64,000 nt of DNA, from positions 1,056,001-1,120,000 of the forward strand of contig CAVXWP010000001.1 of assembly GCA_963765495.1 (NCBI GenBank), read 5' to 3'. The DNA is from Blastocatellia bacterium. GTDB taxonomy: Bacteria; Acidobacteriota; Blastocatellia; UBA7656. The first letter of the stretch is position 1; every line of letters starts with the position of its first letter. Both the position numbers and the translations under genes were made by a program. Positions 40,002-51,651 of the stretch are shown piece by piece. The notes below the pieces were generated by a model. The model was not told the origin of the DNA. It saw nothing but the letters and a program-made list of their open reading frames with translations, and did not search any database.

Positions 40002-41561
40002 GTGAGTATAGTCAGCAGCCTCAAGCAAACCATCGCCTCGAAACCTGAAAGCCCGTCCGTAATATGCGGCGACACGCGGCTGAACTTTAAACAGCTTGAC
40101 GCGCGAATAAACAGGCTATCGAGCGCGCTTGAGCATCTGGGCCTTCGACAGGGTGATCGCGTGGCGATCCTTGCTTTCAACTGTCACCGCTACATCGAAC
40201 TCTATTACGCTCTCGCGCAAATGGGCGCAGTCGTGGTGCCTATAAATTTTCGACTCCCCGCACAGGAAATCTCCTACATCGTAAACCATTCAGGCTCGCG
40301 AGCCATCGCCGTAGACGATCAACTCGCGCCGCTTCTCGAATCCGTTCGCCCGCAGCTTGAGACCATAGAGCACTTCATTTCGCTCAGCCCCGAGGCGCGC
40401 GCGGGTTATTTCGCCTATGAAGATTTGCTCGACATCGGCTCCGAAAAATTCGACGCGCCTCGCATAGGCAAAGACGATTTGCTCGGATTGTTCTACACGT
40501 CAGGCACGACGGGCGAGCCCAAAGGAGTGATGCTCACGCACGAAAACATTCTGGCAAACGTGCGGAATTCAGAGCCGTTTTGGGAGCATAAACCGGAGGA
40601 TGTATATCTGCACGCCGCGCCCATGTTTCATCTGGCCGACGGCGCGGCGATATTTTCAAACATCGCAAGAGGGACCGCGCAGGCTTCGATCCCGCGTTTC
40701 GATCCGAAAGAGGTTCTTGAAATGATAGCGCGCGAGCGAGTAACTACGATAGTGCTCGTGCCGACGATGATCAATTTTCTGTTACAACAGCCCGCTCTTG
40801 CCTCATACGATCTGTCATCGCTGCGCCAGATCACTTACGGCGCAGCCCCCATCGCGCCCGACCTTTTGCGTCGAGCTATGGATGCGTTTGGCTGCCGTTT
40901 CGGGCAGGGGTATGGGTTGACAGAGGCCTCGCCGCTTCTGACCGTGCTGACATCCGAAGACCATATCATCACGGATGAGAAAAGCCTGCGCCGCTTGAGT
41001 TCGTGCGGAAAGCCCGTGGCGGGCCTTGAGGTGCGGGTCGTAAAAGAGGGCGGCGCTGATGTCGCTCCCGGCGAAGTGGGAGAGATAATCGCTCGCGGGC
41101 CTAACATCATGCTCGGCTACTGGAAGCGGCCCGAAGATACCGAGCTTGCGATTCGCGATGGGTGGCTACACACGGGCGACCTCGCTACGGTTGACGAAGA
41201 CGGCTATCTCTATCTGGTTGATCGCAAGAAAGACATGATCGTCACGGGCGGCGAAAACGTCTACTCGACCGAAGTCGAGGCCGCGCTTTACGCTCACCCT
41301 TCGGTGAAAGAGGCCGCCGTAATAGCGGTGCCCGACGAAACGTGGGGCGAGGCGGTTCATGCCTGTGTGGTCTTAGGCGACCGGGAGCGGCTGACGGCCG
41401 AAGAGTTGATAGAATTTTGTCGCGGCAGACTTGCCGGTTACAAGCTGCCGCGCGAAGTGGAATTTATCGAAGGCGAATTGCCCAAAGGTGGCTCGGGAAA
41501 GATACTCAAGAAAGAACTCCGCGAGCGCCACTGGCAAGGCCGTTCGCGCAGGATCAGCTAA
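40002..41561 (+). CDS. Long-chain fatty-acid--CoA ligase
   Basis: YTSGTTGEPKG, GYGLTE, HTGD and DRKKDMIVTGGENV motifs. Confidence 0.92.
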   Translation: MSIVSSLKQTIASKPESPSVICGDTRLNFKQLDARINRLSSALEHLGLRQGDRVAILAFNCHRYIELYYALAQMGAVVVPINFRLPAQEISYIVNHSGSRAIAVDDQLAPLLESVRPQLETIEHFISLSPEARAGYFAYEDLLDIGSEKFDAPRIGKDDLLGLFYTSGTTGEPKGVMLTHENILANVRNSEPFWEHKPEDVYLHAAPMFHLADGAAIFSNIARGTAQASIPRFDPKEVLEMIARERVTTIVLVPTMINFLLQQPALASYDLSSLRQITYGAAPIAPDLLRRAMDAFGCRFGQGYGLTEASPLLTVLTSEDHIITDEKSLRRLSSCGKPVAGLEVRVVKEGGADVAPGEVGEIIARGPNIMLGYWKRPEDTELAIRDGWLHTGDLATVDEDGYLYLVDRKKDMIVTGGENVYSTEVEAALYAHPSVKEAAVIAVPDETWGEAVHACVVLGDRERLTAEELIEFCRGRLAGYKLPREVEFIEGELPKGGSGKILKKELRERHWQGRSRRIS

Positions 41562-41562
41562 A

Positions 41563-41658
41563 GTGATTCGTGATCTGGCAGACTTGCAAATAGTCTTGGA
41601 CAGGTGGCCTATCTGAAAATCACGGATCACGGATCACGTGGGCGCATCACGAATCACG
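41563..41658. repeat. Inverted heptamer-array element (GTGATNC / TCACGRA family)
   Basis: GTGATTCGTGATC ... CTGAAAATCACGGATCACGGATCACG..ATCACGAATCACG. Confidence 0.75.
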
Positions 41659-41670
41659 TAAAGGAGAGCT

Positions 41671-43257
41671 ATGGACCTGACCCTTACCCCGCTCAGATTC
41701 AAAGAGCGCGCCGTCACTCATTACGGCAATAAAGTAGGAATAATAGATGGCGATGTGCGGCTGACCTACCGCGAATTTGGCGAGCGCGCCGACCGTCTGT
41801 CGAACGCGCTTGCGGAGCTTGGCACCAATCGAAGGGACCGTGTCGCGTGGCTCGGTTATAACAGCCACGCGCTGCTCGAAGCCTACTACGGCGTAGTGCA
41901 GATGGGTGCGGTCCTGTTACCGCTAAACATCAGGCTTACGCCGCAAGAGATTGAATTCATACTCAATGATTCGGAAGCTACGACCCTCGTCTATAACAGA
42001 GATTTTTTGCCAATCGTCGAAGCGGTGCGCGCCGGGGCTAAAACTATAAGGCATTATATCCCGATTGAATCCGGCTCAGTGGCGGGCGACGAGATGGATT
42101 ATGAGACCCTGCTTTCAGCCGCAGGAGCCGATTTCACGCCTCCCTCAGACATCAAAGACGATGACCTGGCGGAACTCTTCTACACATCGGGCACGACGGC
42201 AAATCCCAAGGGCGTGATGATGACGCATCGCAATCTCTATCTCCACGCCTTGCAGGTGCTGGCGGGGATGGGCGTAAAAGACTCGAACGTACAGCTTCAC
42301 ACCATACCGCTTTTTCACGTCAACGGCTGGGGCACTCCGCACACCATCACGGGCGCGGGCGCTCGCCACGTAGTCGTAAAAAAATTCGACCCCGCGGAGG
42401 TTTTACAACTCGTCGAGCGAGAGCGGGTCACTCATTTTTCGATGGTCCCGACGATGGCCACGGCGCTCGTCAACTGCCCCTTGCTTGGCCAGTATGATCT
42501 GTCGAGCCTGGAATATGTAGGCATAGGAGGGGCGGCTGCGCCCACGGACCTGATCCGCGAGATAGAAGAAAAGCTTGGGTGTCGCGCCTACGGCGGTTAT
42601 GGCCTTACCGAAACCACCCCGGTGCTGACGTTCTCTTTTATAAAGGATCATTTGAAGGACTTGCCCGATGAAGAGCGATGGAGACGACAGGCGATGACCG
42701 GCTACCCCATGCCGGGCGTCGAGATGAGCATAGTCGATGCGGATGACAACCACCTGCCGCGAGACGGCGCAAGCGCAGGCGAGATAGTCGTCCGCGCAGA
42801 CAACGTGATGGCCGGTTATTGGAAACAGCCCGAAGATACGGCGCATGTTATGCGCGGCGGCTGGTTCCACACGGGCGATATGGCCACGATTGATGAGGAA
42901 GGCTACTTTCTGATAGTAGACCGCAAGAAAGACATAATCATATCGGGAGGCGAAAACATCTCTTCCATAGAAGTGGAAAAAGCGATCTTCTCGCACCCTT
43001 CGGTCTTTGAATGCGCGGTCATTCCCGTACCCGATGAAAAATGGGGTGAGGTTCCGAAGGCGCTCGTTGTCGTAAAGCCGGGCGAAACGCTCGACGAGAA
43101 GGAACTTATTGATCACTGCCGGACGAGGCTGCCCGGTTTCAAGATTCCAAAGTCAGTGATCTTTATGGATTCACTTCCAAAGGGAGGGACCGGAAAGATA
43201 CTCAAGAAAGAACTGCGCGAGAAATACTGGGAAGGTTACGAAAAGCGCGTCCACTAG
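41671..43257 (+). CDS. Long-chain fatty-acid--CoA ligase (second paralog)
   Basis: YTSGTTANPKG, GYGLTET, FHTGD and GGENISS motifs; AAGGAG RBS. Confidence 0.92.
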   Translation: MDLTLTPLRFKERAVTHYGNKVGIIDGDVRLTYREFGERADRLSNALAELGTNRRDRVAWLGYNSHALLEAYYGVVQMGAVLLPLNIRLTPQEIEFILNDSEATTLVYNRDFLPIVEAVRAGAKTIRHYIPIESGSVAGDEMDYETLLSAAGADFTPPSDIKDDDLAELFYTSGTTANPKGVMMTHRNLYLHALQVLAGMGVKDSNVQLHTIPLFHVNGWGTPHTITGAGARHVVVKKFDPAEVLQLVERERVTHFSMVPTMATALVNCPLLGQYDLSSLEYVGIGGAAAPTDLIREIEEKLGCRAYGGYGLTETTPVLTFSFIKDHLKDLPDEERWRRQAMTGYPMPGVEMSIVDADDNHLPRDGASAGEIVVRADNVMAGYWKQPEDTAHVMRGGWFHTGDMATIDEEGYFLIVDRKKDIIISGGENISSIEVEKAIFSHPSVFECAVIPVPDEKWGEVPKALVVVKPGETLDEKELIDHCRTRLPGFKIPKSVIFMDSLPKGGTGKILKKELREKYWEGYEKRVH

Positions 43258-43260
43258 GGA

Positions 43261-43365
43261 AAGGATGAAGGATGAAAACATGCCAGGGATACATTCTGAT
43301 TATTGCGGTTGATCATTTATCAGGATTTCTTCCTTGCAGCTTTTTATCCTTCATCCTTCATCCTT
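43261..43365. repeat. Inverted heptamer arrays (AAGGATG / CATCCTT) between convergent genes
   Basis: AAGGATGAAGGATGAA ... TTATCCTTCATCCTTCATCCTT. Confidence 0.7.
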
Positions 43366-43808
43366 AGCTTTTTTTTGAGCCGCCAGAGGGCGCGGGGCAT
43401 CGTGATCCACGCCGAACGGGGCAGACGCGACAAAGCCCGGGTGAGCATCTGTCGTTCGGGCTGGTCGAGTTTGATTTCACAACTCCAATCCCTTAGCCGT
43501 TCGTTTGCCTGCTCGAATCTTGCCTGCTCTTCACTCGAACTAGCTTGCTGTCCGTTCTGCTGGGCGTTTGCCATCAATTCAAAAATGCCGCTTTCGATCA
43601 ATCCTTCACGCAGGTGATTGTTCAGATGCCGAACGAGTTGCTTTTCGGGCGCGAGCGCGTTTATGCCCGTCAGATGCTCGAAGTCCTCGACTATGGGACA
43701 CGCCTCTTCACACGATGGAGATTCTGCCGACGTGGCTTCGGCAGGCGGGCCGCCTTCCAGTAAAAAGAGCAGCAGGCTTAGCTCTTGATGCGAAAACTCA
43801 ACTGTCAC
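43344..43808 (-). CDS. Hypothetical protein
   Basis: 154-aa ORF co-oriented with and directly after tatD; no recognisable motif. Confidence 0.55.
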   Translation of the reverse strand: MTVEFSHQELSLLLFLLEGGPPAEATSAESPSCEEACPIVEDFEHLTGINALAPEKQLVRHLNNHLREGLIESGIFELMANAQQNGQQASSSEEQARFEQANERLRDWSCEIKLDQPERQMLTRALSRLPRSAWITMPRALWRLKKKLRMKDEG

Positions 43809-43828
43809 TTTAAGGTTCGCCTTTCAGA

Positions 43829-44617
43829 TCAGGGCTCCTGATCAAGCCGGAACAAACGCTTGAAGTTTGCGCTCGTCACGCGGCCTATCTCTTCGACCGC
43901 GAGGTTGCGAAGCCCTGCAATGCAACGCGCGGTCTCTACGACATAAGCGGGTTCGTTTCGGCGTCCGCGAAAAGGGACGGGCGCAAGAAACGGGCTGTCG
44001 GTTTCAATCAACAGTCTTTCAAGGGGAATGCTTGCGGCCGTCTGGCGTAAATCGTCCGCTTTTTTGAAGGTCACGACACCGGAAAACGATATAAAAAAGC
44101 CGAGCTTGATCGCCTCTTCGGCAAACCACCCGGTGCCGGTGAAACAATGAATTACTCCCGGCAATTCAGCGCCCGCCCATTCTTCGTGGAGCAGGGCAAG
44201 CGTATCCTCTTCCGCCTCGCGAGTGTGAATGCTCACGGGTAAGCGCAGCTTGCGCGCAAGCTGTAATTGTTTGCGAAAAGCCACGGCCTGAGCGTCACGC
44301 GGCGAGTTGTCGTAATGATAATCAAGCCCGATCTCGCCAATGGCGATCACCTTCGGATGCCGGGCGAGGTCCGCGAGTCTGTTGTAGAGATCGTCATCGA
44401 GCAGGCGAGCCTCGTGCGGATGGAGGCCAACGGTCGTGTATATAAACGGATGTTTTTCGGCTACGCGAAAGGCGGCCGAGTGAGAATCGCGAGCAACATC
44501 TCCGTTGCCTACGTTGACGATTATCTCGACTCCGGCATCCCTTGCGCGTTTTATCATCTGCTCGCGGTCGCCGTCGAAGTCTTCCATTTCAATGTGCGCG
44601 TGTGAATCTATATACAT
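43829..44617 (-). CDS. tatD: TatD family nuclease
   Basis: IDSHAH, GLHPH, IGEIGLDY, HTREA, HCFTG and ETDSPFLAP motifs. Confidence 0.95.
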   Translation of the reverse strand: MYIDSHAHIEMEDFDGDREQMIKRARDAGVEIIVNVGNGDVARDSHSAAFRVAEKHPFIYTTVGLHPHEARLLDDDLYNRLADLARHPKVIAIGEIGLDYHYDNSPRDAQAVAFRKQLQLARKLRLPVSIHTREAEEDTLALLHEEWAGAELPGVIHCFTGTGWFAEEAIKLGFFISFSGVVTFKKADDLRQTAASIPLERLLIETDSPFLAPVPFRGRRNEPAYVVETARCIAGLRNLAVEEIGRVTSANFKRLFRLDQEP

Positions 44618-44635
44618 ATCGGTCCATCAGAAAAC

Positions 44636-45577
44636 TTAAGAGCCAAAGCTGAATCCGCCGCCGCCGCCGCTCGATTGCGAAGGAAAGAACGGCTTGAGCA
44701 GCCCGGCGAGCGCCGCAAGGTTTCGGGTCTGGATCAAAAGCTCGCCCGGCCCCTGAAATTCTGCGACTATGCCTTCCCCGCTCACAAGGCTGCGGAAGAA
44801 CCCCGCTGCCGCTTTGCGTAGCTGGTACTGCGTAGAGCCTTCCCATGCCACGAGATGTCCCGTATCGACTACATATCGCTCGCCCGGTCCCAATCGCTTG
44901 CGATGAATCGCGCCGAATGATGAGAGCAACAACAGCCCTGTGCCGTAAACCTGCAATACGAAAAGCCCCTCGCCCCCGAAGAAAGATTTCGCGCCGCCCC
45001 ATTTCGTATCAACCGTGAGCCCCGCGTCTCCGGCGAGGTATGAACTTGATTGCACGAAAAACATCTGATTGTTCATCTCTATCGCGGCGATGTCGCCGGG
45101 CGCGCCGGGCGCGAGCGTCACTTCGCCGGGGCCGCCCCTCGCCGTAAACGTAGAGACGAAGGCCGATTCGCCTCCCACGGCCCGCTTTAACGCGCCCATC
45201 AACCCGCCTTTCATCTGCGATTGCAACTCTACGTTTGCCGACATAGAAACCATAGCGCCCGCTTCGGCAAGAATCGATTGCTCTGCCTGCAAGTGAACCA
45301 CCGCAAGCGAAAACGCCGGTTGATGAAGTATCTCGTAGCTGTACCCGCGTCCCGTCCCTTGCGCATCATCGTCAATATGTATGCCGTGCCCGCCCCCCGA
45401 AGGATTTGGCTGCGGAGCGTTTGAGCCGTAGCCGGGCGGTGGGTTTTCATAGCCGGGCGGCGGATTGTTAGCGCCGTAGCCGGGTTGCGGATTGCCTGCT
45501 GCTTCAACGCGATTGCCGCAGAGTGTGCAAAACTGCGCGCCCGGAGCCAGTGCTCCACCGCATCTGGAACAGTTCAT
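44636..45577 (-). CDS. TIGR00266/AIM24 family protein with N-terminal Zn ribbon
   Basis: CSRC..CTLC, Pro/Gly linker, AEAGAMVSM, GGEGLF and VDTGHLVAW motifs. Confidence 0.9.
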   Translation of the reverse strand: MNCSRCGGALAPGAQFCTLCGNRVEAAGNPQPGYGANNPPPGYENPPPGYGSNAPQPNPSGGGHGIHIDDDAQGTGRGYSYEILHQPAFSLAVVHLQAEQSILAEAGAMVSMSANVELQSQMKGGLMGALKRAVGGESAFVSTFTARGGPGEVTLAPGAPGDIAAIEMNNQMFFVQSSSYLAGDAGLTVDTKWGGAKSFFGGEGLFVLQVYGTGLLLLSSFGAIHRKRLGPGERYVVDTGHLVAWEGSTQYQLRKAAAGFFRSLVSGEGIVAEFQGPGELLIQTRNLAALAGLLKPFFPSQSSGGGGGFSFGS

Positions 45578-45814
45578 GTCTTCCCTCCTTTATCAAGAAT
45601 CGACTGTCTCAAGCCCTAGTTGATACTCTACCATTCCAGGCGCGAAATCGACAGACCATCGGTTTGGCGATTCAAATCCGTATGAGTTGCTTTGCTCTCC
45701 GGGGCAATTAATGTATGATCGCCCTTCCCGATAATTTCGCGCTGCGATTCCTGCGCCAGAAACTCGATACTGTCGTCAAGCAGTAGGACTCTAATTCAAC
45801 GAAGGAGAATACTC

Positions 45815-46282
45815 ATGGGAAAAATCAACGTGGGTCGTGTGCTGCTCGGAGGTTTGCTTGCCGGTCTGGTGTTGAATATAGGTGAATATCTGGCTAACGC
45901 AGTATTGTTTGCCAGACAGATCGAAGATTCTATGCGCGCTTTGAATTTGCCGACTGCAAGCGGCAGCTTCATCGCGCTGGCCGTAACGGTCACTTTTGTG
46001 TTGGGCATTGCCATGGTGTTTTTGTACGCGGCGATACGGCCACGGTTTGGCCCCGGCATCAAGACCGCCGTCATCGCCGGGTTGATGGTATGGTTGCTTG
46101 CCTATGCCTATAACTCGGTATTGAATGTCGGTCTTGGAATATTTCCTCTGAATCTGACGTTGATCGGGCTCGTCTGGGGATTGGTGGAAGCGCCCCTTGC
46201 GGCTGTGGTCGGAGCCTGGGCTTACAAAGAAGAGGAGAGCGAAGCGCGCGTGTCGGACGCTTATCAGCAACGAGGGGCTTGA
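45815..46282 (+). CDS. Hypothetical 4-TM membrane protein
   Basis: AAGGAG RBS, hydrophobic helices, YAAIRPRFGPG. Confidence 0.75.
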   Translation: MGKINVGRVLLGGLLAGLVLNIGEYLANAVLFARQIEDSMRALNLPTASGSFIALAVTVTFVLGIAMVFLYAAIRPRFGPGIKTAVIAGLMVWLLAYAYNSVLNVGLGIFPLNLTLIGLVWGLVEAPLAAVVGAWAYKEEESEARVSDAYQQRGA

Positions 46283-46315
46283 AGACGAGGGGCTTGAAGA
46301 CGAGGGACTTGAAGA
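46271..46315 (+). repeat. 15-bp tandem repeat between convergent genes
   Basis: (CGAGGGRCTTGAAGA)3. Confidence 0.8.
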
Positions 46316-46327
46316 GGCGCTTGACGC

Positions 46328-48790
46328 TCACATCAAGCTTACGGGATCGACTTCGATAGAGATTGATCGCGGATTGTGGCCGAGCGCCGTAGCTTTGTCC
46401 ATCGCTATATCGAGAATCTCGCGGGCGCGGCGGCGACTACGCGCCTTTATCAATATCTGAAATCGGTGCTCGCCTTTGAGCCGGGCAAGCGGAGCGGGCG
46501 CAGGCCCAAGCACTCGAAGAGAGGAGTCGCGGGCCGCCTCTCTGAGTTCGCGCGCCAGATCGGTGGCCGCAAGATTTGCGCGATCAAACTCCTTATCACG
46601 CACGCAAATGTTTATGAGCGCGCTAAAGGGCGGATAGTGCATCGCCCGGCGAAAGCTTATCTCTCGCTGATAAAACGCGTCGTAATCCTGCGCCCGGGCA
46701 CAGACCAGAGAGTAATGCTCCGGGTGATAGGTCTGAATTATCACGCGGCCCGGCAACTCGCCGCGACCGGCTCTTCCGGCCACCTGCGTGAGCAGTTGAA
46801 ACGTCCGCTCGGCGGCTCGAAAATCGGGCAGCGACAGCCCCACGTCAACCGAGATCACGCCTACGAGTGTGACGTTATGAAAATCGTGACCCTTCGCAAG
46901 CATCTGCGTGCCGACGAGCATATCAATGGTCCCGGCTGCAAACTCCATCAGGATATGTTCAAGGCTGCCGCGCCGCCTGGTGGTGTCGCGGTCTACGCGG
47001 GCGATGCTCAATTCGGGAAATAATTCCTGCAACTTCGATTCAAGTTGCTCGGTCCCTTCGCCTACATACTGGATGTAAGGCCCGTCACAGGCAGGACAGG
47101 CGCGCGGCACGGGGCGAATGTAGTTGCAGTAGTGGCAGAGCAGGCTCGAATTATAACGATGATAGGTGAGCGTCACATCGCAGTTCGGGCAGCGCATAGC
47201 CGTGCCGCACGACCGGCACAGCGCGAACGAAGAATAGCCGCGCCGGTTCAAGAGGATCATGCTCTGCTCGCCGCGCTCGTGCGTTTCGGTGATGGCTGTC
47301 TTTAGCTCGTCGGAAAAGGTCTGAGACTTGCCGTATTTCTTGAAGACCTCGCGCATATCGACCGTCTGCACTTCGGCCAGCGCCCGGTTGCCGTAGCGGG
47401 TATCGAGCCTTATATAAGTAGACTTGTTTGTGCGCGCGTTGTGAAAGGATTCGAGCGAGGGCGTGGCCGAACCTATGACAACGACCGCGTGGGCCTGAAC
47501 GGCGCGCACTATAGCGGTGTCGCGTCCGTGGTAGCGCGGCGTCTCGTCCTGTTTGTAAGAAGTCTCGTGTTCTTCGTCTACGATGATGATGCCGAGGTTT
47601 TCAAGCGGAGCAAACACAGCCGAGCGAGTCCCGATTACCACACGCGCATCGCCGTCCTTGATGCGCCGCCACTCGTCGGTGCGTTCGCCTTCCGACAGGC
47701 TCGAATGAAGTATGGCAACCGCTTCGCCGAAATGCGCTCGCAGCCTGCGCGAAAAGACCGGCGTAAGCGCAATCTCGGGCACAAGCATCAAGGCGCTCAA
47801 CCCGCGATTCGTGGCCTCACGCATTGCCCGAATGTAAATCTCCGTCTTGCCGCTTCCCGTGACTCCGTGGAGCAGAAACGTAGCGTACTGGTGCTCATTG
47901 AGTTTTGCGACTATCTGATCGAGCGCGTGTTGCTGGTCTTCGTTGAGCGAAACAAGGTCAAGCTGATCCTGCCGAATGTGAGCGAGCGGGTCGCGTCGAA
48001 CCTCGCGGGGAAAGACTTCGATCAGGCCGCGCTTTTCAAGCGTCCGAACGACCGAAGCCGATACGTCAGCCTCTTCGAGCAATTCGCTGAGCGAAACATC
48101 GGTCTCGGCCATTTCCAGAAAGTCGATCACGCGCTGTTGCTGCTCTGTGAGCGGGCGGGGGCTTTTCTGGGGGCCAGGGGCCGGGGGCCCCCCCCTGAGC
48201 CGGACAGCATTCTGGAGCTTTGGCTTGAGACCGCTTTCGCCTACGCGATGGGCTACGTGGACGAGGCCCGCGCGTTCGAGTTGCCGGATGAGCGCCGCGG
48301 CGTGAGATTTCGAGAGTTGTCGTTCAAGCTCGCGGGAACTGATCGAGCCGGTATCGGCGAGCAGTTCGAGCGCCTGATGTTTTGAAGAGGACCACGCAAA
48401 CCCGGCCTGCGATTGAGCAACCATCGAGCGCCCCGCTTCCGTGATCGTCAGCACCTGTTCGGTGGCTACGGTAGCGCCAGCGGGCAGAGCCGTCCTCAGA
48501 CATTCGCCCCAGGGCGCGTGGTAATAATCGGCCATCCATTTTGTCAGTTCCAGAATATCGGGCGTGATGATGGGAGATTCGTCTACGAGTTCTTCGACAT
48601 CTTTTATATCGGAAGAAGCGATTTCTCCATCGAGTTGTTTATGCAGAGAGACGATAAAACCGGTCAGGAGCTTTTTGCCGAAGGGAACGATTACGCGGCA
48701 GCCGGGGAGGGCACGAAGCGCCATATCGCCCGGCAGGTGATAAGTAAACGTCTGTCTGACATGGACGGGAACCGCAACCTCCGCAAACAT
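46328..48790 (-). CDS. priA: Primosomal protein N' (replication restart helicase)
   Basis: [18 protein letters not shown], Cys-rich region and QVAGRAGR; start placed at MFAEVAVP. Confidence 0.96.
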   Translation of the reverse strand: MFAEVAVPVHVRQTFTYHLPGDMALRALPGCRVIVPFGKKLLTGFIVSLHKQLDGEIASSDIKDVEELVDESPIITPDILELTKWMADYYHAPWGECLRTALPAGATVATEQVLTITEAGRSMVAQSQAGFAWSSSKHQALELLADTGSISSRELERQLSKSHAAALIRQLERAGLVHVAHRVGESGLKPKLQNAVRLRGGPPAPGPQKSPRPLTEQQQRVIDFLEMAETDVSLSELLEEADVSASVVRTLEKRGLIEVFPREVRRDPLAHIRQDQLDLVSLNEDQQHALDQIVAKLNEHQYATFLLHGVTGSGKTEIYIRAMREATNRGLSALMLVPEIALTPVFSRRLRAHFGEAVAILHSSLSEGERTDEWRRIKDGDARVVIGTRSAVFAPLENLGIIIVDEEHETSYKQDETPRYHGRDTAIVRAVQAHAVVVIGSATPSLESFHNARTNKSTYIRLDTRYGNRALAEVQTVDMREVFKKYGKSQTFSDELKTAITETHERGEQSMILLNRRGYSSFALCRSCGTAMRCPNCDVTLTYHRYNSSLLCHYCNYIRPVPRACPACDGPYIQYVGEGTEQLESKLQELFPELSIARVDRDTTRRRGSLEHILMEFAAGTIDMLVGTQMLAKGHDFHNVTLVGVISVDVGLSLPDFRAAERTFQLLTQVAGRAGRGELPGRVIIQTYHPEHYSLVCARAQDYDAFYQREISFRRAMHYPPFSALINICVRDKEFDRANLAATDLARELREAARDSSLRVLGPAPAPLARLKGEHRFQILIKARSRRRAREILDIAMDKATALGHNPRSISIEVDPVSLM

Positions 48791-48848
48791 CAGCCGTATT
48801 GTACACGATGCGGGCGACAGCCGAAAACCTGAACGGCGAACAAGGAAA

Positions 48849-51651
48849 TTACATGTATAGAGACTGTTGATTTGATGTGAGAAGGAACAGATCAACTTCC
48901 TGACGGTAAACCCATTCGTCGTCGTGTTGTGGACCCTCTCTGGAAATATACCGATGATTGAACTCGCCCATAATCTCTTCTGAAGAAGGCGGAGGATTTG
49001 TTGTCAGGTCATTATAAACCGCGATAGCGCGATCACGTTCCCCTAGTTCACCAAAAGAATGGAGGCGCAAGATATTAGCCTGCGGTTGAAGCATCGGAAA
49101 TGTGATTTGCTCAAGTACTTCACTGGCTTTCCTGAATTCATTCTGTCGAAGCCATGCAGCGCCCAAAGCTGTAAGAAAGTATTGCCTGCTGGAGGGCCAA
49201 GGACAACCTATCGCGCCATGCTCAAACACTTGTAATGCCTCATCTGTTTGGCCCATTCGTAACAGAATCATCCCGCGTATGTGGTAGCCAATCCAGTCTT
49301 CGTGGCTAGTTGGAACTTTATCCGGCAGATATGAAATAGCCTCCTCGTAACGTCGCAAAGCGGCAAGAACGCAACTCCGTCCATTTCTAGCTATAGAATC
49401 TTGCGGATGCGCAGTAACAATGTCGTTGTAAGCGGCAAGAGCATTTTCAAAACGGCCAAGTGCCTTCAATACCTCTGCTCTTCCAGTCTTGGCGATGACA
49501 TCCTCAGGATGCTCGACAATGACCTCATCATAGGCAGCAAGAGCATTTTCAAAACGGCCAAGTGCCTTCAATACCTCCGCTCTTCCAGATCTTGGCGATG
49601 ACATCCCCAGGATGCTCGACAATGACCTCATCATAAGCGGCAAGAGCATTTTCAAAACGGCCAAGTGCCTTCAATACCTCTGCTCTTCCGTCTTTGGCGA
49701 TGACATTTTCAGGATGCTCGACAATGACCTCATCATAGGCAGCAAGAGCATTTTCAAAACGGCCAAGTGCCTTCAATACCTCCGCTCTTCCAGTCTTGGC
49801 GATGACATCCTCAGGATGCTCGACAATGACCTCATCATAGGCAGCAAGAGCATTTTCAAAACGGCCAAGTGCCTTCAATACCTCTGCTCTTCCGTTTTTG
49901 GCGATGACATCCTCAGGATGCTCGACAATGACCTCATCATAGGCAGCAAGAGCATTTTCAAAACGGCCAAGTGCCTTCAATACCTCTGCTCTTCCGTTTT
50001 GGCGATGACATCCTCAGGATGCTCGACAATGACCTCATCATAGGCAGCAAGAGCATTTTCAAAACGGCCAAGTGCCTTCAATACCTCTGCTCTTCCGTTT
50101 TTGGCGATGACATCCTCAGGATGCTCGACAATGACCTCATCATAGGCAGCAAGAGCATTTTCAAAACGGCCAAGTGCCTTCAATACCTCTGCTCTTCCGT
50201 TTTTGGCGATGACATTTTCAGGATGCTCGACAATGACCTCATCATAGGCAGCAAGAGCATTTTCAAAACGGCCAAGTGCCTTCAATACCTCTGCTCTTCC
50301 GCTTGGCGATGACATTTTCAGGATGCTCGACAATGACCTCATCATAGGCAGCAAGAGCATTTTCAAAACGGCCAAGTGCCTTCAATACCTCCGCTCTTCC
50401 AGACTTGGCGATGACATCCCCAGGATGCTCAGCGATGACCTCATCATAAGCAGCAAGCGCCTTATCAAGGTGACCGAGTGCTTTCAGTACCTCTGCTCTT
50501 CCCCTCTTAGCTACGGCCCCAGCCCCAAATGAATATGCTTGTTCATATGCCCTTAATGCTTCATTTGGTTCTTGCATGTTTAAAAGCGCATCTCCGTATT
50601 GCGTCCAGGACCAGGCATCGTCAGGCTCCAGATTGATACTTCGCTCTGTCAGTTCTAGCTGCAAAGAGTACATGCCTAGAGCTTTTGCTTCGACTGCCAG
50701 ATCACATAATGACTTAACCAAAAACTTAGAACCGCCGTACCGTAGCTGATACTCAATGAGTTGATCTATAATTTCGCGAGCGCGTCCAATTTCTCGCCGT
50801 TGCATGGAATCAATTATTAATCTCTTCTGGCTTTCGACGTTTGCGAGTACAACTTCACGATTGATACCTGCTCGACGCCCTTTGCTTTTCCTTGATGAAC
50901 GGTTGCTTTCGGTTTCTTCTTCTATTTCGGGCCTTATGACTTGCGGCTCTTCTGTGATGCGAAAGGGTTTTACCCATTGCTGCAATATCGTTCGATGGTT
51001 TTTCAGCGCCTTTATTGAAGGTTTCCACAAAGAGTTAATGAGAAATTGGTTTACCTCTTCATTGCCGCGCCTGATGGCGAGGTCGCGGAAAAGCCCTTCC
51101 TGAATTGCAGTGTGGTGGAATTTTGTCTGTTCCTCAACTCCTCCGAACATCGTCACGGGGATACCGTCCCAGGATGAGCAGGCGAGACGTATAGACGGCT
51201 GATTCTCTCTGAGTCGTTCCAGCAGAGTGTATGCTCTGTTTGCCTGACTCTTATCGCGTAAACTCAAAGCTCCGTCAATATCGGCTGCATCGGGCAGGGG
51301 CCGCCCATAAAGTACGCTTTCCAGTTTCAACTCAATATCCGCGTCAATAAGCAATTCTTCGAGCGCATCTATGGCTTCGGCTCTGGTTTCATCCGAAAGC
51401 TCGGAGTCAAGCGCGATCAACGTCAGGTCAAGCGCAGCAGATGAGTTATAAGCTCGTTCCAATTCCTGCGCGACCTGAGCGCGGTCTACGTCTTCGAGAA
51501 ATTGAAGGTCGCTCGCATCGCCGAAGAGGAAGGGAAGGTCCGCCTGACGTCTGGGCACACAGGTATTCGGGTCGTCCACGTCGAACGACATCAGTGTGTT
51601 GCCTTCTATCAGTAGCGCCATTCCTGCGCGCCCGGAAATCGCTGCGTTCAT
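48849..51651 (-). CDS. Large TPR protein (~930 aa when three frameshifts in the repeat array are corrected)
   Basis: ORFs 50263-51651, 49977-50375, 49549-49980 and 48849-49664 are consecutive pieces carrying the same 34-aa repeat. Confidence 0.8.
49430..50500 (-). repeat. 102-bp tandem TPR-coding repeats (10 near-identical plus 1 diverged)
   Basis: Unit [34 protein letters not shown]; spacings 102,103,102,102,102,101,102,102,100. Confidence 0.95.

Noticed and set aside
48791-48895. N-terminal extension of PriA in the ORF track
   Set aside because: Overlaps the TPR gene end; the duplicated promoter and ATG indicate a start at 48790.
49430-50500. Possible CRISPR array
   Set aside because: Units are contiguous 102-bp coding repeats with no unique spacers, and no cas genes are present.
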